Origin: Andalucia godoyi And28
Taxonomy: Eukaryota; Protista; Jakobida
Assembly: GCA_009859145.1 (NCBI GenBank)
Contig: VRVR01000014.1
Location: forward strand, 335,373-392,309
DNA length: 56,937 nucleotides
Direction of reading: 5' to 3'
In this document: positions 21,219 through 29,800 of the stretch, piece by piece
Numbering within the stretch: position 1 is the first letter of the stretch
Layout: every line of letters begins with the position of its first letter
The notes under the pieces: generated by a model
Database searches by the model: none
Told to the model about the DNA's origin: nothing
Seen by the model: only the letters and a program-made list of their open reading frames with translations
Program-made: the position numbers and the translations under genes

Positions 21219-22724
21219 ATGTGGAAAACGGTGCGGAAACTGCAGGCGTATGAAGCATTATGCTTCACGATGAATGTTTGCGCGACAGTGCGTTTTTCAT
21301 GCGGTTCTCGGCTCTCCCTCCGAGACTTGGAGTCTGCGTGGATGCGGGCGTCTCGTTTTCACCCGTATGTCCGATCTCGTGTAGAGTCTCGTGACGGCGC
21401 GCTGTGGTTTGAGTTGTTCGAGTCAGAGAGCTGTGGTCTACCGTTTCACATCAGGTGGGAAGAGTTGCCAAGCGACCTCTTTCACGATTGGCAGCCCCGG
21501 TTGAAAACAGAAGTGAACACATCTTATGAGAGCTCGACACAGACTTCGGTGCGCGTTCGCGTTTGTGCGTTTTACGACACAGTTTTGGAGGCGGAGCGGT
21601 TGCCTTCCACCATTGCTGCTCCGTTTCAATACGAAATGATAGTGTACATGAATCACGCTGGAATGGATGGACCGGGCTTGTTTGCTGTGCTACAGACCGT
21701 GATGCAAGAGTTGCAGCATCCTGGGTTGAGTGCACAGTCTACCGAGAAGAGAGTCGATGGCCTGGTGGATATTGTTGGATTGCGTCCTTCCGACACATCG
21801 AGCCTTTCGCATCCCTTTCAGTTCCCCCCGGTTTCAGAATGCGTGGATCCTATTTCTCCTGGCGAATTTGGTGTGTTTTCCCCCACGGACAATGCAAAGT
21901 CGCTGCCGCCGCCTCACACAAGTGCAGTGTGGACGTGGCTCTCAGAGTCACAGACCTCCAAGCTCCTCCAGATGGCGAAAGAGCACAGATGCACTATCCA
22001 AGGGGTCGTCTCTGTGGCAGCAATGGCCGCTGTATTATGGATGCACGAGGAGGCTTCGCGATTGGATCCGAGGCTGCAGCTCGAGGACCGCAATCGCATT
22101 CGAGACCATCCAGTCTGTTTTGTGTCTCAAGTGCCCTGCAACATGCGCTCCTTTGTTGATCCGCCCGTGTCTCCTGGCGTATGTGTTTGTGCGTCTGCAG
22201 GCCTTGTTTGGCCGCAGACCCTCTGCAAGGACACTCGTTTATGGGATGCTTCTGCGGAGGCTTCGTCCAGTATCAAGACGGTTGCTCTGTCAAAGTGCGG
22301 CTTTGTCTTTTGGGAGAATATCGAAACCTCGCGCTGGCATATGATGCAGCCGTACGCTGTGATGACATCTAGTATTGGTGCGTATTCTCTTCTCTCACCG
22401 CCTCCGCAGGATGACCAAGAGGAGTGTTTGCGGGTTTTGGAAGACGAGGATTCCATTGACTCCGCGGAGTCCAGCGCATCTGGTCCACGCAGCTTACGAA
22501 TTGCAGATGTATTCTTGCTGGGTGGACTGGAAGCCGTGCCTGAAAAGGCCGCGGGCACAATGGTCCATGTCTACACCGTCAACAAGCAGCTGCGGATTAC
22601 CTGTGCCTACACCACGGGCGGGGTACCAGATGCAGCTGGAGGAGCATTTTCCCGGAAGCTGGTGTCTGCAATTCTGCAAATGATGGAATGTGGTTCCACC
22701 ACCTTTGAAGATGTGATGCAGTAA
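21219..22724 (+). CDS. CoA-dependent acyltransferase (condensation-domain/PapA5/alcohol acetyltransferase-like) (501 aa)
   Basis: N-terminal RKLQAYE, catalytic NHAGMDG (HxxxDG), LSESQTSKLLQMAKEHRCTIQGVV, VPCNMR, SSIG, VNKQLRIT. Confidence 0.75.
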   Translation: MWKTVRKLQAYEALCFTMNVCATVRFSCGSRLSLRDLESAWMRASRFHPYVRSRVESRDGALWFELFESESCGLPFHIRWEELPSDLFHDWQPRLKTEVNTSYESSTQTSVRVRVCAFYDTVLEAERLPSTIAAPFQYEMIVYMNHAGMDGPGLFAVLQTVMQELQHPGLSAQSTEKRVDGLVDIVGLRPSDTSSLSHPFQFPPVSECVDPISPGEFGVFSPTDNAKSLPPPHTSAVWTWLSESQTSKLLQMAKEHRCTIQGVVSVAAMAAVLWMHEEASRLDPRLQLEDRNRIRDHPVCFVSQVPCNMRSFVDPPVSPGVCVCASAGLVWPQTLCKDTRLWDASAEASSSIKTVALSKCGFVFWENIETSRWHMMQPYAVMTSSIGAYSLLSPPPQDDQEECLRVLEDEDSIDSAESSASGPRSLRIADVFLLGGLEAVPEKAAGTMVHVYTVNKQLRITCAYTTGGVPDAAGGAFSRKLVSAILQMMECGSTTFEDVMQ

Positions 22725-22920
22725 TTTAAAAACAAATGAAATAAATAACACGAGAAGCGCTCGCTCAATATGCGTCGCCACCTCCTTCGACGCGAACATA
22801 AAGACAGACGCACGGCGGAGGGCGAGAAAGAAAGAAAGGGAAAAGGGGGGGGGGGGGGGGAGGAAAAAACACAACAAAACCAAACCAGAGCACGATTTAC
22901 AAACAGATGAAACGACCTTT

Positions 22921-23296
22921 CTAGAAGAGGCTTGAGATTTCCTTTCCGAGCTTGGCCTCGGTGGGTGCCTTGGTGCTCAGGTGTTGAAGACCGTCACGTG
23001 CCTTGATCGATGCAATTTCCTCATCAATGGACGCAACGACATTGGCAGGAAGCTTCACCGAGTTGCTCTCTGCAGCCTGGAGCTTCGCCTTGAACGCGCG
23101 AATCTTGCGGATAAACGCCTGCTGGACAATATCCAACTTGGGAGCTGACGCGAATCGACGAGCCTACACGCAAAAAGCAAAAAACAAACATTACATGTGT
23201 CAGACGATGGGGGAGGTTCATGAGTGTGCCGCAGCCAGATCGATATCCTGGGCAAAAAGACAAGGAAGTAAAAGAAAAACGACATACAAACAACAT
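22921..23296 (-). CDS. Putative mitochondrial ATP synthase coupling factor 6/subunit h-like protein; exons 23288-23296 and 22921-23163 (83 aa)
   Basis: Spliced product MLFARRFASAPKLDIVQQAFIRKIRAFKAK...IDEEIASIKARDG. Short Arg-rich presequence followed by a LDxVQxxFxxKIRxF/YK motif recalled from F6. Confidence 0.65.
23164..23287 (-). other. Intron (124 nt, phase 0) in the F6-like gene
   Basis: GTATGT donor at 23287, TCTGAC branch site, T-rich tract, TAG acceptor at 23164. Confidence 0.8.
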
Positions 23297-23779
23297 TTGT
23301 CAAATCCAATACTATGGTGAAGTAGAAGAGACCATGGCAAAAGGGAAAAAATAGAGACTGGAAACGAAAAAAGCAGAAGAAAAAGACGACGGGAACGGTA
23401 TAGAGAAACGATGCGAAATGGAAAAAAACAGGCAGCCCAAATCGTACTGATAGTGCGTGCACACTCCTTTTTTTGGAAGACTACAGTCGCACTATTTGAG
23501 CCTAACTTGAGTGGGCGCTTCTCTATTTTGGGTGGGAGGGGGCTTCTCTCACCGTTTTAGTGTCAATTATAGTTGTTATTAATATTTTTTTAAATAATAT
23601 TTGACTGTCACGTTTTCTCTTTTGGTTCTCCAGCATTGGTCATGTTGGCATGTGTGGCATACGGTGTCTAAAGTGTTTAAGAAGGCTTCCATATTTTCCC
23701 CACAGCTCCTTTCTATTTTGAAGTTTATTCGGAGGATATAGTACACGGTGTGATTCTTTTGTTCTTTCTCCTGCGGTCA

Positions 23780-23866
23780 GTGAGTTCGTATTTATTATTT
23801 TTTAATTCTTTCCCTTCCTCCTTCCCTCCCCTCTCCCTTCCCTTTCGTCTTTGATCCGTTGAACAG
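23780..23866 (+). other. Candidate intron upstream of or within the 5' end of the ASH-repeat gene (87 nt)
   Basis: GTGAGT donor, strong polypyrimidine tract, AACAG acceptor. Phase 0 and in frame with the large ORF. The true start codon is unresolved. Confidence 0.5.
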
Positions 23867-23869
23867 GGC

Positions 23870-26800
23870 TTGTTCAGCCTCCTGCAAGGGATGAGTCACC
23901 ATGTCGGCGAAGGACTGCCTTTTGAGTGTCTGGAACCGAAAATCGAGTTGCGGAGTGTGGTTGTCCGGACATCGAAGGCTCTGTCGAGAATCACGCTGCG
24001 GTCCAAGTCGGCAGAGCCGCAGGTCATCCAGCTTTCGTCCTCCTTGGGACGCATTATCTGTTTTCAACTTGACAATCAAAATATTCAAGGCGGAAATTCG
24101 CAGCCGTCGCTTCCAGCGTCCAATTCGCAAGGCCAGTTTGATGACCCAAACGATGATTTCAACGAGCTCTTCAACGAGATCAATTTTGTTCGTGAAGTGC
24201 GACTGCTTCCGTTTGAGACGAAAGGAATCGTTGTTAGCTTTGATTCCGTCCTCGCTGTTTCCCAGTCCTCGGTTCTCAAAGCCGTGGACAAGTACTCATT
24301 CTTCACCATTTCAGGGAATTTGGTCCTGTCTTCGAACGCCCGCCAGCTCCAAATCCCATTCGAAGCGTCGATGTGCAAGTCTGTGATCGACTGCGATACG
24401 AAGGACCTATTTTTCGGGGAATGCACATCGGACGAGGTGTACGTCCGAGATTTCACCGTCAAGAACCTTTCTGAATTACCTGCCTCATTTGTGATTTCAA
24501 CCAAAAACCTGAATTATGGCACTTTAGATTTTTCGGAATTTTCAACGGGAATGTCAATTTCGTCCAGTCGCAATATTGGCCCGTTTGCATCCGTGCGCAT
24601 TCGAGTGTCGTTTCGTCCGACGTTCGTAGGCGCAGTGCAATCTGCGTTTACCATTTTAAATGAAGTGGATACGGAAAATAGGGTTCGCGTTGATTTTGCG
24701 GCTGCTGTTGTTTCCAAGTCCTCGCGGTCTGCTGGAATCTGGCTAGACTGCGGCTCTGTGCTGGATTTTGGAGATTGCTACACGTCTATTGAACGACAGT
24801 GTCTGATTTGCATCAAGAACACATCTTTGGAGGCCTACGATTTGCTGTTAGAGTCGCCATTCAAAGAGGAATTGACATTTTCGGTCAGAAATAATACGTC
24901 CACTGCGTCGCCCTTTGGAGACTCTCGTAGTAGTACGCCCAGTACGGATTCCGACGAGGATGGCATTTTCAGTGTAGTATCCAGTCCTTCGATGAAGAGA
25001 TCCATGTCTGTCGAGGTACCGGATCTTGGAGATTCTGTGTTTTCGACTGCAGGTTTGGGGTCCCTGGAATCGGATCGCCAGACCGTCCGTCCGGAAGATC
25101 GGTTCTTGCATCTGTCCAGGGCCGGCCTTTCCTCTTCTGGGTCTTCGTTCTCGACGGTTCCTGTTGCTCAGCAAGGTTACTGCGCAACGCCGAGACTGCA
25201 GAGCTTCCGCTCTTCTCCTACTTCTCCATTGGGACCAAACAAGCGTGATCCAGAATCCGAAAATCCTTCCCAGATGATTGCAGAGGTCGTCCGGAAATTG
25301 CAAGTTGAGCACATGACAATCTACCCTGGAGAACGGAAGGAAGTTTCGGTTCACTACATCCCAAAGTCGGATGGCATGCCAACATCCTCGGCCAGCAAAC
25401 TCATGTCTCGTTCGTTCTACTTCATTGTTCGGTCATCGGACATGGACTCCTCGTACTCGAAAACGGTATTATGCAAAGCAAAGGTCTGTTCGTCACTGGT
25501 GGATGTCAATTTAGATTCGGCGTTTATCGATCTCGAAGAATGTGAAATCGGATTGCGCCGGACGTTTCAAATACCCATTGTTAACCGCTCTGAGCTTCCT
25601 GCTGAAATCTGTGTCAGTTTGCAATCCACGATCCTCCTTACGGATGCAATGACATACGTGATTCCTCCGAAAGGAAATTTGCTGCTGCCTTTTAGCATTA
25701 CTCCTCGACGCACTAATCTGCGTTACCGGAAGGAGATTATTCTTACGAATACATGCAATCGGGAGTTTCGGTACATCGTCCTTGTGAAGTCGCAAAATGT
25801 GGATCGCAAGGTTCAAGTCATCCACAGTTCCTTTTACAGTCTTGCGGTACACGGGGAAACTGGGTTTTTGCGCACTGTTGACTACGGGGCTGCGGCCATT
25901 AACAGTGTTGCTGTTCGAAGGTTGGTTATTAAAAATACCAGCCCCAAGTCGATTCGCCTGCGGTTTGTGCCGTTGAGCCCCCAAATTGCCTTATTCCAGG
26001 CGGGCTCCCTTCCAAAGAATGTAGATATTGAGACGTTTGCGGAGTTGGGGAAAAAGGAAGCATTCGTTAGCACTGTGGATGAGTCCACGCAGAGTTTTCT
26101 GGAGCGGTTCTTACCATTGCCCCCAGATCTGAAGAAGGTCGTTGAAAAGAACAACTTTCGATCGGCATTTAATGCTGCTGCCGTCGCAGATGCGCCCAGT
26201 GTTGAAGGATCGACAGACTCCATTGGCTCGCCCCCCGTTTCCGAAGGTTCTTCAATAGCGTCATTGTCGGATGAATTGCTGCAGTCTCGACTCGATTTCA
26301 TTGTGCAGGAGTTTATTGATGATAGCTGCCGTTTGCCAGCCGACGACGGGTCTGTGACAGCAGATGCCGAGGAGCAGTATGTTCGGCGCCGCACAAATGT
26401 TGAGCGCGCTCTTCGAAGGTGCATTGAATTCGGGCTGCTGCGATCTTGTCGGTATGTGTTCCTGGGTCCGGACGAGGAGCGCTCATTGTACCTTGTGTTG
26501 AACCCAACGGAGGAGACACCGCAAGGCGAATCCGCTGGAAAACTCAAAAAGGCAGAGCTGGATTTGCAGATATTGCTCGAGCACTATTCCAGGGAATTGT
26601 TTGAATCGCTGCTTGCTGCGGAAGACATTGGAATCTTAAAAGACGTCCCTGCGCGCATGATTACCGCGCGCACGATGCTTTGCCGGTCGATGATGGAGGT
26701 TTCGATGAAGAACCTCAATTTCGGAGAACTGAATGCGCACGAGCATCGCATCAGAGCCCTTACAATCAACAACGTCAGCGAGCTTCCGCTGTTTTACAAA

Positions 26801-29800
26801 GTGCAGAAATCGGGCTCCGTGGCTTCTGGTGATTTGCTCATACCTTCGGGAAGGGTGGGTATCATCCGTCCCTACGGAAGTCGTGACATCCAGTTTTTCT
26901 TCCAGCCATCCTTCACCGGTCCATTTCGAGAGACCTTGACGCTGGAGAACTTGCGAGACAGGTCAAATGATCAAATCATTACCGTGAAAGCGAATGTGCT
27001 GAAACCCCAAAAGTTTTCCATTCGGCCCGATTTTTTGGATTTTGGCATTTTAGGCGTGCCGGAGGGTAAGTCAAGGGTGCAGCGGTTCTATGTTACCAAT
27101 CGGTCAAACAAGAATCGTTACTTCCTTGTGTCTGTTGATGGTGGGTTTTCATCAATGCGCGATGTTCAAGTGGATTTTCAGTTTGAGCTTGAAGCTGGCA
27201 AAGGGGAAATTGACCCGGCTCAAATTGAGGAATTAATCGAAAAGGCAGAGCACAAGCGTCGCATTGGAGTCCGAAAACAGAAACTTGACAAAGTCAAAAA
27301 ACTCACAGAGAAGATCCGGCGGCTGAGGGCAATGCTCAGCGGAGAGGATATCGATGCTGCTGCGTTTTCTGAAGTTGAAGACGGAGGCACTCCAAGGGCG
27401 GGGCGTGAAGGGCGGAAAGTGAATAACTCGATCTCGCTCGTAGTAGGCCCCGCGGACACGCAGGCAGTTTTGGCCGTCGTGACGTGCCGCTGCCTCAACA
27501 CAGAAGTCCCCGTTGGGTTCAGAACCATCCGGGGGAAGTTTTTAGTTTACGAACGCGGAAATACGGACGAGATTCGAAAAGTGGATTTCGAAATCTCTTT
27601 GAGCCCTTCCGATGATCGATCGGTGCCGATTTACAGACCCCCTTCGCTTGGTCTGCCTGTCCCTGCAAGCATCAAGAACTTGCAATTGGAAGTCCGCCAT
27701 GCACGGCAGCAGTCTACGATTGAAGTTTCAACTCCAACGCAAGTCGCACTGTCCTCATCCTCTCTGGTTTCCTCGGCATCTCCGCGTTCTCGGTTTCCAT
27801 TGCCCGATTTTCCGGTTTCCGAACCCCCGCTGTTTCTTCCGCACCCAAATGTAGATTTAGATGTGATGCTCATCAATTCTGAGAAGCAGATTGCCATTTC
27901 TGTGAGCAATCGCACCGATGAAGCCTTTTCATATCGCGCATCTGTGGGTTCAGCAGGTCTTAAACTTGTCTCTTCGGAAGGATCATTTGCCCCGGGCTTG
28001 AGTACAGTTTCGTTGATCTGTCAGCCGGCGTTCACTGGAAAATTTTCTTGGGAGGTGAGCTTCGTCTGTTCCAGTGCATCCTGGCCGTCCTTTGTTCTCA
28101 GCGGGGTTGTTACCGCACGAGTCATTCAACAATCGCCATTGACATTCCCGTCTCTTGGACCCGATGAGTGCCTTCATTTTGGGCACATATACTTGCCGCA
28201 TTCTGATTTTTTGGAAGAAGACTATGCAAAAACCAGTTCGTTGGAGATATTCAACAATTCGGAGGCTTTGTGTCGATGTACGATCTCCTCAAATCTTACC
28301 AAACAGATTTCCATATATTCGGATCCTTCTCTCACCGCTGCCGTTTCAAGCTTTGTTTTATCTGCAAATGAGCGCGTGGTATTGTTTGTGAAGCTCGTAC
28401 CACGCATCAAGAGGGAAATTTCTCAGGGAAATGAAGCTGTCGCTCGGGAAGTCGTCGGTGGAATCAATGTCAAAATTGTTGATGGTGACAATAACGAAGC
28501 ACTGCATTCTCGCACTATCCGCTTGGATTCGGTTGTGGGATTCTCCGGGCTTTCTGTCCCTCAAACCGTTTTTGATGTTCCTTTCGACTCGGCATCAGAG
28601 TTTGCGGAATGCACCGTCCGCGTGCAAAATGAATCACTCCTCCTCCCGGCAATGTTTTCACTGGTCGGCATTCAGGGCTTAGAGATACTGGATGCGGTTT
28701 TCTGCGTTCCGCCGGCGTCTTCTTCAAGCATCCGTGTTCGGCTGCGCAATCGGTACTCTGGATTGCAGTTTGCTGCTTTCTGTGTCGAAGACAGCAATTC
28801 ACCCGGTCGTGTTTTTCGTGTCGTGATTCGATCCATCTCGTCACGCGGCTATCTGTCGCTGACACCCATTATCGCAACGAAGTCAAGAAACTCAGCGTTT
28901 GACGTGTCAGGACTGCCGGTTTTCTTCTCCGGCGACCAGTTGATTACAGTTATGAACGACTTGCACTCTTCTATTCGAGATGTGACCGTTGACGAGCAGA
29001 CTGTATCCCCGCTTTCCTTAAGCCAGCTTAGCCGCAGCATCCCGTTTGCTTCCGTATTCAAAGTTCATAATTGTACTCCAGTGCCGCAGCAAGTCGTATT
29101 TCTGTCCAAGAGCCCCCTTGCCATTGTCCCTCTCTCGCGGAAGGCCATAACGATTGACTCTTTATTGCGCGATGCGCGTCATTGCGAGGTACCTGGTCTT
29201 CAGAACAACATTGATACAGAGTCGCTGTTTGCGACCCTGGGTAATTTTTGCGGCCCGCCGTTCTCCATTTCTCCGGACGACACCACAACGGTGTTCGTCA
29301 TTGCCACTGCCGCACCATTGCTAACTTTGCAGAACCTTGAAGCACTGAAGTCCAGAGGATCTGTGGTCGTTTCGGATTTCATTCGATGTTTATGCATCTC
29401 GCAAGACACAACGAGTCTTGGTGCAGAGGCTGCCTTCACGACTTGTCTGTACACTCCTTTGATCAGGCCTTCTTCCCAGACAGTGTCCATTGGAGACGTC
29501 GGGCACTGCAATGGCTGGAGAGATGTGGTGTTCTCTTTTGGGCTAGAAGGAACCGGCCCTGTCCCTGTTGCTGTGTCTTTTGACGATCCTACCAAGTTGA
29601 TCACATTCAAGATCCCCGATAACGATCAATTCTTATTTGTCCCGCCAATCGGAGGGACAATTCAAGTGCAATGTTCGTTGTCAGTGTCCTCGCTGCCACG
29701 CGATGTGGGCGGAGATGCTGTAACATTTGTGCACGTCCGTTTGCGAGACAGCGTTGCTGATTCGTTCATGATGTCAGTCAAGTATCGCGTTACGGTTCCG

